Positions 50,841 through 62,791 of a stretch of 64,000 nucleotides of DNA are shown here, piece after piece. Numbering within the stretch: position 1 is the first letter of the stretch; each line of letters starts with the position of its first letter. Made by a program: the position numbers and the translations under genes. Under the pieces are notes generated by a model. The model saw only the letters and a program-made list of their open reading frames with translations. It did not search any database and had not been told where the DNA came from. The stretch lies in sequence record MH359124. One strand, given 5' to 3'. Source of the stretch: Escherichia phage SF.

Positions 50841-53096
50841 ATGCAAGTAACTAAGAGCAGTGGGGTATCCCAAAATTTTGATGCACAGAAAATTATTCAA
50901 GTTTTAACTTGGCAATGTGAAGGAACACAAATTGACCCATATGAATTGTATGAAGAAATTAAGACACATCTTGTCGATGGGATGAGCACCAAAGATATTC
51001 AGAAGATTTGTATTAAAGTTGCAGCTAACTTGATTTCTGTCGAAGAACCTGATTATCAGTATGTCGCTGCCAAAGGGCTAATGTTTGCACTTCGTAAAGA
51101 TGTATATGGGCAGTTTGAACCGCCTGCTTTTATAGACCATATTTCTTATTGTGTTAATGAAGGCAAATACGACCCTGAGCTGTTGTCTCAATATTCGGCA
51201 GAAGAAATCATTTATCTCGATTCACAGATTAAACATGAACGAGACTTTGACCTGACTTATGCTGGTGCTATGCAGCTTAAAGAAAAATATCTAGTTAAAG
51301 ATAAAACAACTGGGAAGATTTATGAAACTCCACAGTTTGCTATCATGGCTATTGGCATGGCCTTACACCAAGACGAAACTCATGACCGTTTGAAACATAT
51401 TATTCGTTTTTATGATGCCGTTTCTACTCATCAAGTTTCATTGCCAACCCCAATTATGGCAGGTGCTCGTACTCCAACTCGCCAGTTCTCTAGTTGTGTA
51501 GTTATTGAAGCCGGTGATTCGTTAAAATCTATTAACAAAACTTCAGCATCAATTATTGAATATATTTCTAAACGAGCTGGTATCGGTATCAACGTTGGTA
51601 TGCTTCGTGCAGAAGGTTCTAAGATCGGTACGGGTGAAGTTCGACATACAGGTGTTATTCCATTCTGGAAACATTTCCAAACTGCAGTAAAATCTTGTTC
51701 TCAAGGCGGTATTCGTGGTGGTGCTGCTACAGCGTATTATCCGATGTGGCACTTAGAAGTAGAGAACCTATTAGTTCTGAAAAATAACAAAGGTGTGGAT
51801 GAAAACCGTATTCGACATATGGACTACGGAATTCAGATTAATGACCTTATGATGGAACGCCTTGGTAAAAATGATTATATTACTTTATTTAGCCCTCACG
51901 AAATGTCAGGCGAACTATACTACTCGTTCTTTGAAGATCAAGATAAATTCCGTGAGCTTTATGAGAAAGCTGAAAAAGACCCAACAATCAGAAAGAAAAG
52001 AATCAAAGCACTAGAACTCTTTGAATTGTTCATGACTGAACGTTCTGGTACTGCTCGAATTTATCCACAGTTTGTTGATAACACGAATAACTACACTCCA
52101 TTTATTCGTGAAAAAGCTCCAATTCGTCAGAGTAACTTATGTTGTGAAATCGCTATTCCGACTAATGATGTGAATGGTCCTGATGCTGAAATTGGTTTAT
52201 GCACGTTATCTGCTTTTGTATTAGATAAATTTGATTGGCAAGACCAAGATAAAATTAATGAACTTGCTGAAGTACAAGTACGTGCACTTGATAACCTGTT
52301 AGACTATCAAGATTATCCGGTTCCAGAAGCTTTAAAAGCTAAAAAGCGTCGAAACCTCGGTGTTGGTGTGACGAACTATGCCGCATGGTTAGCTTCTAAC
52401 TTTGCTTCATATGAAGACGCTAATGATTTGACTCATGAATTGTTTGAGAGATTGCAATATGGCCTTATCAAAGCTTCAATCAAACTCGCCAAAGAAAAAG
52501 GATGTTGCGAGTATTATTCAGACACTAAATGGTCTAGAGGCGAATTACCTATCGACTGGTACAATAAAAAGATTGACCAAATCGCAGCCCCGAACTACGT
52601 CTGTGACTGGGAAGAACTTCGAGCTGAACTCAAAGAACACGGAATTCGTAACAGTACACTCAGTGCTCTCATGCCATGCGAATCAAGCAGCCAGGTCTCA
52701 AATAGCACAAATGGTATTGAACCACCTCGTGGTCCAGTAAGTATTAAAGAATCTAAAGAAGGTAATTTCCGTCAAGTAGTTCCTAATATTGAACACAACA
52801 TGGGTCTTTATGACTATGCGTGGAAACTTGCTAAGAAAGGTAATAAACCTTATTTGACCCAAGTTGCTATCATGTTGAAATGGGTGTGCCAATCTGCTTC
52901 TGCTAATACTTACTATGACCCTGCAGTATTTGAGAAAGGTAAAGTGCCAATGTCAGTAATGCTTGACGATCTGCTTTACTTCTGGTACTTTGGCGGAAAA
53001 AATCTCTACTATCATAACACTCGCGACGGGTCAGGTACAGATGACTATGAATTAGAAACACCTAAAGCTGAAGATTGTTCTGCTTGTAAGCTTTAA
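50841..53096 (+). CDS. nrdA: Ribonucleotide reductase large subunit NrdA
   Basis: 751-aa ORF; ATP-cone and class Ia RNR catalytic motifs. Confidence 0.95.
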   Translation: MQVTKSSGVSQNFDAQKIIQVLTWQCEGTQIDPYELYEEIKTHLVDGMSTKDIQKICIKVAANLISVEEPDYQYVAAKGLMFALRKDVYGQFEPPAFIDHISYCVNEGKYDPELLSQYSAEEIIYLDSQIKHERDFDLTYAGAMQLKEKYLVKDKTTGKIYETPQFAIMAIGMALHQDETHDRLKHIIRFYDAVSTHQVSLPTPIMAGARTPTRQFSSCVVIEAGDSLKSINKTSASIIEYISKRAGIGINVGMLRAEGSKIGTGEVRHTGVIPFWKHFQTAVKSCSQGGIRGGAATAYYPMWHLEVENLLVLKNNKGVDENRIRHMDYGIQINDLMMERLGKNDYITLFSPHEMSGELYYSFFEDQDKFRELYEKAEKDPTIRKKRIKALELFELFMTERSGTARIYPQFVDNTNNYTPFIREKAPIRQSNLCCEIAIPTNDVNGPDAEIGLCTLSAFVLDKFDWQDQDKINELAEVQVRALDNLLDYQDYPVPEALKAKKRRNLGVGVTNYAAWLASNFASYEDANDLTHELFERLQYGLIKASIKLAKEKGCCEYYSDTKWSRGELPIDWYNKKIDQIAAPNYVCDWEELRAELKEHGIRNSTLSALMPCESSSQVSNSTNGIEPPRGPVSIKESKEGNFRQVVPNIEHNMGLYDYAWKLAKKGNKPYLTQVAIMLKWVCQSASANTYYDPAVFEKGKVPMSVMLDDLLYFWYFGGKNLYYHNTRDGSGTDDYELETPKAEDCSACKL

Positions 53097-53112
53097 GACT
53101 TTTTATTATAAT
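53087..53112 (+). promoter_or_regulatory. Middle promoter candidate for nrdB
   Basis: TAAGCTTTA box, 11-nt spacer, -10 TATAAT. Confidence 0.45.
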
Positions 53113-53149
53113 TTACTCATGGATGAGTTAAACTAAGTGAGAAAATATA

Positions 53150-54328
53150 ATGAGTACAGTTTTTAACACACAACAAGTCGATGTTTTGAATGAACCGATG
53201 TTCTTTGGTTCTGGTCTTGGTCTCGCACGTTACGATATTCAGCGTCATAAAGTTTTTGAAGAACTTATAGAAAAATCCTTGTCATTTTTCTGGCGCCCTG
53301 AAGAGGTAAACTTGATGTTGGACTCTGCGCAGTTCAATAAGCTTCCTCAGTTCCAACAGGACATCTTTACAAACAATCTTAAGTATCAATCATTATTGGA
53401 TTCTATCCAAGGCAGGGCCCCATCTGCGGTACTTATGGCACTGATTTCTGACCCTTCATTAGATACATGGGTTGCAACATGGACATTCAGTGAAACTATT
53501 CACTCTCGTTCGTATACTCATATTATGCGAAATCTTTATACAGACCCATCTAAGGTATTTGATGAAATTGTATTAGACGAAGCAATCATGAAACGAGCTG
53601 AATCAATAGGTAAATATTACGATGATGTTCTAGTCAAGACTCGTCATTGGGAAAACCAGAAAGAATTCACGGAACTAGCCAAAGCGTCAATTGGTGCAGA
53701 CCTTCAATTAAAACGTGCTATTAAGCAAGAAGCCGCTGCTAAGCGTGATTTAATGAAGTCTCTTTATCTCTGTTTGCATGTTATCAACGCCTTAGAAGCT
53801 ATTCGTTTTTACGTATCATTTGCATGTACTTTCAACTTCCATAAAAATATGGAAATTATGGAAGGTAATGCAAAGATTATGAAGTTCATTGCTCGTGACG
53901 AACAACTCCACCTCAAGGGTACTCAGTACATTATCCGTCAACTTCAATCTGGTACTGATGGTGATGAGTGGGTTCAAATTGCTAAAGAATGTGAACAAGA
54001 AGCAGTTGACATTTTTATGGAAGTAAATAGTCAAGAGAAGGAATGGGCTGCACACCTCTTTAAAGATGGTACATGTCCAGGTATCAATACGCAGAGTATG
54101 TGTGCTTTTGTTGATTACTTGACTGTGTCTCGTATGAAACAGTGTGGTTTGCCATGCCCAATCACTGATGCTCCGACCAAGCATCCGTATCCTTGGATTC
54201 GTGAATATCTGAACTCTGATTTAGTTCAAGCAGCTCCTCAGGAAGTTGAAATCAGTTCTTATCTTGTCGCACAAATTGATAATGATGTAGACCAAAATGT
54301 AATCAATTCATACAAAAAATATTTCTAA
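53150..54328 (+). CDS. nrdB: Ribonucleotide reductase small subunit NrdB (intronless)
   Basis: 392-aa uninterrupted ORF with di-iron ligand pattern. Confidence 0.95.
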   Translation: MSTVFNTQQVDVLNEPMFFGSGLGLARYDIQRHKVFEELIEKSLSFFWRPEEVNLMLDSAQFNKLPQFQQDIFTNNLKYQSLLDSIQGRAPSAVLMALISDPSLDTWVATWTFSETIHSRSYTHIMRNLYTDPSKVFDEIVLDEAIMKRAESIGKYYDDVLVKTRHWENQKEFTELAKASIGADLQLKRAIKQEAAAKRDLMKSLYLCLHVINALEAIRFYVSFACTFNFHKNMEIMEGNAKIMKFIARDEQLHLKGTQYIIRQLQSGTDGDEWVQIAKECEQEAVDIFMEVNSQEKEWAAHLFKDGTCPGINTQSMCAFVDYLTVSRMKQCGLPCPITDAPTKHPYPWIREYLNSDLVQAAPQEVEISSYLVAQIDNDVDQNVINSYKKYF

Positions 54329-54332
54329 GGAC

Positions 54333-54353
54333 GGGACTTCGGTCCCACTTTAT
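54333..54353 (+). terminator. Hairpin, possible weak terminator or RNA element between nrdB and denA
   Basis: GGGAC-TTCG-GTCCC then ACTTTATT; poor U-tract; overlaps the denA SD region. Confidence 0.35.
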
Positions 54354-54354
54354 T

Positions 54355-54765
54355 ATGAAAGATATTGCCGCCGAATATTCCTTTATTAAATATACAGAAT
54401 TGGAGCTATTAGAAGATGCAACAATTAAAACAGTTGATGTCCCTAATAAGAAAAATGTCATATACGCTATTGCTATAGATGACGAGCTTGTGTATATTGG
54501 TAAAACCAAGAATTTAAAGAAACGCATTAACTATTATCGAACAGCCATAAATCGAAAAGACCAGACTTCAGATTCAAGAAAATCACTTATGATTTTGGAT
54601 GCCTTAATGCAAGGCAAAAAGGTTGAATTCTGGGCCCGCCAATGTTTTGACCTTTCAGTCACCAACGAACTTGGTTCAATGACTATCGCAACAATGGACC
54701 TTGAAGAACCGCTTTTTATCAAAAAGTTCAACCCGCCTTGGAATATCCAACATAAGAAAAAGTAG
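54355..54765 (+). CDS. denA: DenA endonuclease II (GIY-YIG-like)
   Basis: 136-aa ORF (T4 DenA 136 aa); VYIGKTKNLKKR motif; synteny after nrdB. Confidence 0.75.
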   Translation: MKDIAAEYSFIKYTELELLEDATIKTVDVPNKKNVIYAIAIDDELVYIGKTKNLKKRINYYRTAINRKDQTSDSRKSLMILDALMQGKKVEFWARQCFDLSVTNELGSMTIATMDLEEPLFIKKFNPPWNIQHKKK

Positions 54766-54794
54766 TTTACACGCCACAAGGATTGTGGTACAAT
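54764..54794 (+). promoter_or_regulatory. Early promoter
   Basis: GTTTAC then IR CCACAAGGATTGTGG and TGGTACAAT extended -10; drives rnlA. Confidence 0.5.
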
Positions 54795-54811
54795 TTAAAA
54801 AAACTAACTGA

Positions 54812-55945
<1,134 letters not shown>

Positions 55946-56007
55946 TGGTTTACAAACACCAAGGAAGGTGTTACTATGGTTTTTATCAACATCACGAGGA
56001 GAAAATT

Positions 56008-56508
56008 ATGAATATGCAATTGATTACTAACGATATGGTTGTGGCAGCATTTGGTGATTCTACAGATGGAATCCGGGTCTTTAAGAAAGGCCGTGCAGTT
56101 GGTTATCTTACTGACCTCCGTGTTACACTGGCCAAAAATCTTAAAAAGAAAGTAAAACAAAAAGAGTATTCCACCAGATACGCTGAAGAGAAACGCGAAG
56201 CGATGCCAGAAGCAGTTAATGCTATGGTAGAATTTCTTCAAAACAATTTGACTAAATATGACGCTAATGTGTTCATTAATATTAGTCAACCAAACGTACA
56301 TATCGCAGGTATAAAATTCTACATTATTTGCGACCCTCTTACCGACAAATTCAACCGCCTCGGAATTTCAAGTCCGTATCATACAGCAGAAGAGTTGTGT
56401 GTATTGTTTGAATCGTACAAAATCCAGTGTGATGGTCCGAAAACCGTTCTTATCAATGGATTATCCCGAGATGAAATCATTGAGATTATTAAAACATGCT
56501 TAAAGTAA
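56008..56508 (+). CDS. alc: Alc, inhibitor of transcription from cytosine-containing DNA
   Basis: ORF track 55945..56508; ATG 56008 after AGGAG gives 166 aa (T4 Alc 167 aa); synteny after 63. Confidence 0.7.
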   Translation: MNMQLITNDMVVAAFGDSTDGIRVFKKGRAVGYLTDLRVTLAKNLKKKVKQKEYSTRYAEEKREAMPEAVNAMVEFLQNNLTKYDANVFINISQPNVHIAGIKFYIICDPLTDKFNRLGISSPYHTAEELCVLFESYKIQCDGPKTVLINGLSRDEIIEIIKTCLK

Positions 56509-56852
56509 ATCCGATTTATGCTATAGTAGCAGCTTTTGCTCTAGTTTCTACTGTAACAATAATGGTCTTAAACAACAAAGTTGATTCGTTGAATACCGAA
56601 TTAGCTTCTGTCAAAGAGACAGCTAAAAACAATGCTAAAGTATTAGACGACTTCAAGGTTCAATATCAGTCAATCGAAGAAATGACTTATAAGAACCGTG
56701 TTTTAGTTGACCAACTTAAGGCCGAAAATGAAAAGCTCCGTAAGGATTCGAAGAAGAAGAACGTGGTGGCAAGTAAGCCAGGATTGGTCGAAAAACAAAT
56801 CAACAGGTCCTTCGATTCCTTTGCAGAAGACCTCAGGAAGCTCTCAGAATGA
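56496..56852 (+). CDS. i-spanin (Rz-like, PseT.3 position)
   Basis: 118-aa ORF; N-terminal TM then coiled-coil periplasmic domain. Confidence 0.65.
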   Translation: MLKVNPIYAIVAAFALVSTVTIMVLNNKVDSLNTELASVKETAKNNAKVLDDFKVQYQSIEEMTYKNRVLVDQLKAENEKLRKDSKKKNVVASKPGLVEKQINRSFDSFAEDLRKLSE

Positions 56853-57139
56853 TTAAATTAACCGCAGTTGTATTATCTATTGGCATTTTAGCCGGATGTG
56901 CCCAGGATGTGCCCTTAAGCCCTAAAGAAACTTTACATCCGCCATGGCCTGAATCTATTGGTGAATATAACCAGAAATGGCAAGTAAAGGTTATTGATGG
57001 TAATCCGTGGGTTGGAATGCCGTTTGAAGACTCTCAAGAATTTCGTATCTGGTTAAACGACGTAAAAAGATATGTACATGACCAGAAGACTATGATATGT
57101 TATTATCGTAGTGGTTTAAAAGAGGAAAAATGTCAATGA
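56849..57139 (+). CDS. o-spanin lipoprotein (Rz1-like, PseT.2 position)
   Basis: 96-aa ORF; signal peptide with lipobox LAGC; overlaps the i-spanin stop. Confidence 0.65.
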   Translation: MIKLTAVVLSIGILAGCAQDVPLSPKETLHPPWPESIGEYNQKWQVKVIDGNPWVGMPFEDSQEFRIWLNDVKRYVHDQKTMICYYRSGLKEEKCQ

Positions 57140-57354
57140 CTAAAGAACAGCATGAATACCTTAAAGGACTTATCTATGACTCTGAAATGGCGGCCATGAT
57201 TTACGGGCGACAGATTCAACGATTAGAATCTTTGCCTCCGACTAATGACCGCTTGTTAGTTCAGTCTCGTGCTAATCTGAAAAATGAATATCAGAATAAG
57301 TGGGCGGTAGCGACTAAAGCTCTTCATGAGTATATTGAATCTTTAGTAAAATAG
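57130..57354 (+). CDS. Hypothetical protein
   Basis: 74-aa ORF. Confidence 0.5.
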   Translation: MSMTKEQHEYLKGLIYDSEMAAMIYGRQIQRLESLPPTNDRLLVQSRANLKNEYQNKWAVATKALHEYIESLVK

Positions 57355-57383
57355 TTTACAAACTCTCGGGAGCAGAGTATAAT
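57354..57383 (+). promoter_or_regulatory. Early promoter (PeSL-like)
   Basis: GTTTAC, 18 nt, TATAAT inside IR GGAGCA..TGCTCC; near-duplicate of the 28608 cassette; drives ORF 57412. Confidence 0.65.
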
Positions 57384-57411
57384 GCTCCTATGGATAATTG
57401 AGGAAATCTAA

Positions 57412-57710
57412 ATGAAAACATTACTAGAGAATTACATCAAACGGTCTGATGAGTATATTGATATCTGTCGTGGAATGTCACTTGCCAATTATGACAAAGA
57501 TGCAGCAAAGGCACTAGATGAAGCAGGTAAAGCTCTTCGTAAAGCGGCTAAAGAAAAAGGGTTGGATTTACAACAACTCAAAAGTCATATGATTAAATTT
57601 ATTTCTTCAAACGTTAGAAGTAAGTCAATTAATAAAAACGTTGCTGAAATTAATAAAGACCGTCGCGAGCATAACATTCGTATTCTTGAAACTTTCTTAG
57701 GAATAAAATA

Positions 57711-57711
<1 letters not shown>
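57412..57711 (+). CDS. Hypothetical protein
   Basis: 99-aa ORF with own promoter. Confidence 0.55.
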
Positions 57712-58797
<1,086 letters not shown>

Positions 58798-58798
<1 letters not shown>

Positions 58799-58989
58799 TG
58801 AAACGATTATATGAAGTGATTGAGGCTATCGAACAGCATAAAGAATATTTGTTTGTAGCCTGGCCTTTAGTAAACGGACAGTTCGGTATTGATGTGCTGG
58901 ACTATGAGCATGAAGAACGTTTGGACGGCGGTATATTTGATAACGTTGACCGGGCAATTGAATGGTTAAATGAAAACTATGTACGATAA
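58798..58989 (+). CDS. Hypothetical protein
   Basis: 63-aa ORF. Confidence 0.45.
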
Positions 58990-59194
58990 ACATCATGAAA
59001 TCGAAGATGAAGCATACAAAATGCTTCGTAAACTAGTGGGACTTAATATGAGTTCTACATTAATCAACAAGCTTACTGAAATTCGTAACGACTTGAATAC
59101 TCGTTACAAAGGCGAATATCATATAGAGTTTGTTCCTGTAGGTGAACCGACCGAGCAATTTGTTGTTCGAGTTAAAGTAAATACTGTACACTGA
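58970..59194 (+). CDS. Hypothetical protein
   Basis: 74-aa ORF. Confidence 0.45.
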   Translation: MKTMYDKHHEIEDEAYKMLRKLVGLNMSSTLINKLTEIRNDLNTRYKGEYHIEFVPVGEPTEQFVVRVKVNTVH

Positions 59195-59201
59195 GGTAAT
59201 T

Positions 59202-59477
59202 ATGTTCCCTAAATATTCTGAAATTGTAAAGGTCGTTTTTAGCCAGATTATCGCAAATCATTTCTTTGATAAGCCGGATACGGCCACCGAGCTTAAGATC
59301 CACTCTGAACTACTCTACGTTTTGAATACGCTGGTGCCCGACCAAGTGGATTCTGTGTCTGTTACACTGTTGCCAAGCTCGGCTCATGTGATTGTTGTGT
59401 TTGGACTTGACGCTGATCTAGTAATTCAATGTGAAGTTGATTTCGATTCACAAGAAATTAAATGTTTTGCAATTTAA
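59202..59477 (+). CDS. Hypothetical protein
   Basis: 91-aa ORF. Confidence 0.5.
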   Translation: MFPKYSEIVKVVFSQIIANHFFDKPDTATELKIHSELLYVLNTLVPDQVDSVSVTLLPSSAHVIVVFGLDADLVIQCEVDFDSQEIKCFAI

Positions 59478-59507
59478 GTTTACAACACCGTAGAGTTGTG
59501 ATACTAT
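59478..59507 (+). promoter_or_regulatory. Early promoter (PeSL-like)
   Basis: GTTTAC, 18 nt, TACTAT inside IR GTAGAGTT..AACTCTAC; drives ORF 59536. Confidence 0.65.
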
Positions 59508-59535
59508 AACTCTACCAACAAATGAGGAAATAGAA

Positions 59536-59772
59536 ATGCTAAGTGAAAACCCAATTACAGTACACGAATTTCAGATTAAAGTAAAAGAATTTGCTCAAGC
59601 ACTCATCAATAAAGTGTCTGAACGTTTCCAAGATGCAACATTACGAGTTATTCAAGAATCTCCACGTTCTTTTCTCATAATCGTTAATCCTAAAGATGGT
59701 GACCAAATTACTAATCTTAAATTAGGCAGTGATGGTCTTGTTGAAGCAACTCGAGTATATGGAACACTATAA
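59536..59772 (+). CDS. Hypothetical protein
   Basis: 78-aa ORF with own promoter. Confidence 0.5.
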   Translation: MLSENPITVHEFQIKVKEFAQALINKVSERFQDATLRVIQESPRSFLIIVNPKDGDQITNLKLGSDGLVEATRVYGTL

Positions 59773-59892
59773 TGAGAGCTATCTCATTACTATCGAGAAT
59801 GGTCATAAATCTGAGCACTACCAACTTAGCCTGTCTAATCCGGTTAAAGGTATTGTTGAATCAGAATCTGTTTATATCTCCTAAGGATTGTT

Positions 59893-60885
59893 ATGTTACC
59901 TGTCGTCAGAAAACTTATTTCTCCAAAAGAACTGGCTGAGATTATTCCTTTGTCGGAAGCTTACGCATCACAAGTGGCTTCTCATCGCGAACAAGTTAAT
60001 TCGATTATGAACGGTGAAGACCCACGCAAACTTATTGTTGTAGGTCCTTGTTCAATTCATGACCCTATTGCTGCTGTTGAATACGGCAAACGTCTGGCTG
60101 AACTTCAAACTCGTCTTCCTAATGTTCTGTTAGTGATGCGCGTTTATTTTGAAAAGCCTCGAACTACCGTAGGTTGGAAAGGTCTTGTAAATGATCCATA
60201 TCTTGACGGAAGTTTTGATATGAACCACGGTCTTATAGTTGCACGAACATTGTGTCGTAAACTTCTACGTATGGGACTTCCATTAGCAACTGAAGTATTA
60301 GACCCATTCACGATTAAGTATCTTTCTGGTATTTTCTCATGGGTTGCTATTGGCGCCCGTACGACTGAAAGTCAGACACATCGTGAAATTGCTTCAGGTC
60401 TACCGATGTGCGTAGGCTTCAAGAACGCAACCAATGGTTCTATTAAAGTAGCTACAGACGCGATGTATAGTGCCGCCTGGCCTCATCGGTATATGGGTAT
60501 GGACGTCGATGGTACTGTAGGCATTGTTGAAGCTGAAGGTAATCAGAATACGCATATCGTATTGCGTGGCGGGACTAACGGCCCGAACTATCATTCTTCT
60601 GATATTCAAGAAGCTTCTAACAAAGCAAGTGCATTAGGTCTGAATCATTATGTAATGGTTGACTGTAGCCATGCAAACGCTGATGGGTATTATAGCAATC
60701 AAATTGGTATTGGTAAAAATTTAGCAGCTAATGATTTGGTCAAAGGAATTATGATAGAATCATTCCTACATGAAGGAAATCAAAAAATTTCTGATAATAT
60801 GTCCTATGGCGTTTCCATTACCGATGCGTGCATCAGTTGGGAACAAACTAAAGAGCTGTTAACTTATATTAATAAGGTTCAATAA
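59893..60885 (+). CDS. 3-deoxy-D-arabino-heptulosonate-7-phosphate (DAHP) synthase, class I (AroG/AroF-like)
   Basis: 330-aa ORF; long collinear matches to E. coli AroG from memory (VVGPCSIHDP..A..EY, VMRVYFEKPRTTVGWKGL.NDP, GARTTESQ.HRE.ASGL, HI.LRGG, SITDACI.WE); SD AAGGA. Confidence 0.85.
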   Translation: MLPVVRKLISPKELAEIIPLSEAYASQVASHREQVNSIMNGEDPRKLIVVGPCSIHDPIAAVEYGKRLAELQTRLPNVLLVMRVYFEKPRTTVGWKGLVNDPYLDGSFDMNHGLIVARTLCRKLLRMGLPLATEVLDPFTIKYLSGIFSWVAIGARTTESQTHREIASGLPMCVGFKNATNGSIKVATDAMYSAAWPHRYMGMDVDGTVGIVEAEGNQNTHIVLRGGTNGPNYHSSDIQEASNKASALGLNHYVMVDCSHANADGYYSNQIGIGKNLAANDLVKGIMIESFLHEGNQKISDNMSYGVSITDACISWEQTKELLTYINKVQ

Positions 60886-61466
60886 TGAAAGCTAGCACAT
60901 ATCTTCAAATTGCTTATTTGATTTCTCAAGAATCAAAATGTTGTTCATGGAAAGTTGGTGCCGTCATTGAAAAAGATGGACGCATTATCTCTACTGGATA
61001 TAATGGTTCACCGGCCGGTGGCGTTAACTGTTGTGAACATGCATCTGAAAATGGTTGGTTGAAGAATAAACCAAGCCCGGTCATCGTTGCTGGCCATAAA
61101 GAAGGCACTACAGCATTTGGACGGGTAGATAATTTTGTTTTAGCTAAAGAACATCGGGCCGCTCATAGTGCATGGTCTGCTAATAATGAAATCCATGCAG
61201 AATTGAATGCAATTTTGTTTGCAGCTCGTAAAGGTAATTCTATTGAAGGTGCTACGTTATATACGACGCTTTCTCCGTGTCCTGATTGCACTAAAGCTAT
61301 TACGCAGTCAGGTATTAAAAAGGTTGTATACGCAGAATTATATGATCGATCTCCTGAAAATTGGGCAGACATTCTAAAACAAGCCGGTATTGAAGTAATT
61401 CAGTACTCTCGTAATAATCTTCGTTCTCTGAATTGGGAACAAATCCGAAACTTTTGTGGTGAATAA
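60885..61466 (+). CDS. cd: dCMP deaminase
   Basis: 193-aa ORF; HAE...PCxxC zinc motif; same length as T4 Cd. Confidence 0.9.
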   Translation: MKASTYLQIAYLISQESKCCSWKVGAVIEKDGRIISTGYNGSPAGGVNCCEHASENGWLKNKPSPVIVAGHKEGTTAFGRVDNFVLAKEHRAAHSAWSANNEIHAELNAILFAARKGNSIEGATLYTTLSPCPDCTKAITQSGIKKVVYAELYDRSPENWADILKQAGIEVIQYSRNNLRSLNWEQIRNFCGE

Positions 61467-61764
61467 TATGATTTTAACTGAACAAGAAACTATGGTTCTT
61501 CGTGAACGTATTAAAACTATTCTGTCTGTAGGCGTTCATTGTGTTGTATTTGAAAAGGCTAACGGCGAGGTACGCACTATGTTTGCTTCTCGCGATGAAC
61601 TTGAAGTCAAATATGAAAATAACAATCCAGCAACAGAAGTTCGTTATGAACCTCGTGAATCAGTTCGAGCATTCGACACCAAGTTAGGTCAGTGGCGTTC
61701 TTTCCGCCTTGATAAAGTAATTTCGGTTGATGGTACTCCGGTAGAACGTTTGCTTCTTATGTAA
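61456..61764 (+). CDS. Hypothetical protein
   Basis: 102-aa ORF. Confidence 0.5.
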   Translation: MVNNMILTEQETMVLRERIKTILSVGVHCVVFEKANGEVRTMFASRDELEVKYENNNPATEVRYEPRESVRAFDTKLGQWRSFRLDKVISVDGTPVERLLLM

Positions 61765-61765
61765 T

Positions 61766-61791
61766 ATGCTTTACGAATAGTATGGTATTAT
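61766..61791 (+). promoter_or_regulatory. Middle promoter for gene 31
   Basis: Perfect ATGCTTTA MotA box, 12-nt spacer, -10 TATTAT. Confidence 0.55.
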
Positions 61792-61821
61792 TAATCTATC
61801 GTCAAACAACAAGGAAATAAG

Positions 61822-62154
61822 ATGTCTGAAGTACAACTCCCAATTCGTGCTGTTGGTGAATATGTCATTCTGGTTTCTGAACCCGCTCAAGCAGGTGATG
61901 AAGAAGTTACCGAATCAGGACTTGTGATTGGTAAACGTGTTCAAGGTGAAGTTCCTGAACTATGTGTAGTTCATTCTGTAGGTCCTGATGTTCCTGAAGG
62001 TTTTGTTGAAGTCGGTGATTTGACTCCACTACCAGTTGGACAAATTCGAAATGTTCCGCATCCATTTGTGGCTTTAGGTCTTAAACAACCTAAAGAAATT
62101 AAACAGAAATTCGTAACATGCCACTATAAAGCTATTCCGTGCCTTTATAAGTGA
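61822..62154 (+). CDS. 31: gp31 co-chaperonin (GroES-like)
   Basis: 110-aa ORF; near-identical to T4 gp31 from memory. Confidence 0.9.
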   Translation: MSEVQLPIRAVGEYVILVSEPAQAGDEEVTESGLVIGKRVQGEVPELCVVHSVGPDVPEGFVEVGDLTPLPVGQIRNVPHPFVALGLKQPKEIKQKFVTCHYKAIPCLYK

Positions 62155-62162
62155 TATAAATA
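62155..62162 (+). promoter_or_regulatory. Late promoter (TATAAATA) between 31 and rIII
   Basis: Exact TATAAATA directly after the gene 31 stop. Confidence 0.5.
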
Positions 62163-62278
62163 ACTATATGAAGAGAACACTCTTCTAAGCGGTAGCCTAC
62201 AACTGAGAGACTTGTCGAAAGAAGGTGAAATTCAGACGAACGTGGCTACTAAATATTATCTCGAATTGAGACTTTAAA

Positions 62279-62527
62279 ATGATTAAACAATTACAACACG
62301 CTCTTGAACTGCAACGCAACGCATGGAATAACGGTCATGAAAACTATGGTGCATCCATTGATGTTGAAGCCGAAGCTCTTGAAATCCTGCGTTATTTCAA
62401 ACATCTGAATCCTGCTCAGGCTTCTTTGGCCGCTGAACTGGAAGCTAAAGATGAATTGAAATATGCTAAGCCTCTGGCTTCTGCCGCACGTAAAGCAGTT
62501 CGTCATTTTGTTATTACCCTTAAGTAA
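62279..62527 (+). CDS. rIII: rIII lysis inhibition accessory protein
   Basis: 82-aa ORF, T4 rIII length; synteny after 31. Confidence 0.85.
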   Translation: MIKQLQHALELQRNAWNNGHENYGASIDVEAEALEILRYFKHLNPAQASLAAELEAKDELKYAKPLASAARKAVRHFVITLK

Positions 62528-62605
62528 GTTAAATCGAGGAGCCGTCGAATTGTCTGATTAATGATTTGCGAATCATTATAGTTTTAAGACCCCAACAATT
62601 TTACG

Positions 62606-62634
62606 GTGTACCTCTTGAATGTATTTTGTACTAT
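62606..62634 (+). promoter_or_regulatory. Early promoter candidate with long downstream leader
   Basis: GTGTAC, 17 nt, TACTAT; nearest downstream ATG with SD is 62792. Confidence 0.45.
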
Positions 62635-62791
62635 CACGCGTCAGAAAAAGGTTATCTGTCTAAGTCGTGGTTGGTATGATGACGAGGTTTATGGTTATCC
62701 TGTCGTTAAATATCCAAAACCTATGTTCCCCTTGAGGGCTTGCGCAGGCAATGTCAATAAGTCCTGCATTTTCATTTAAAGAGAATTTATA

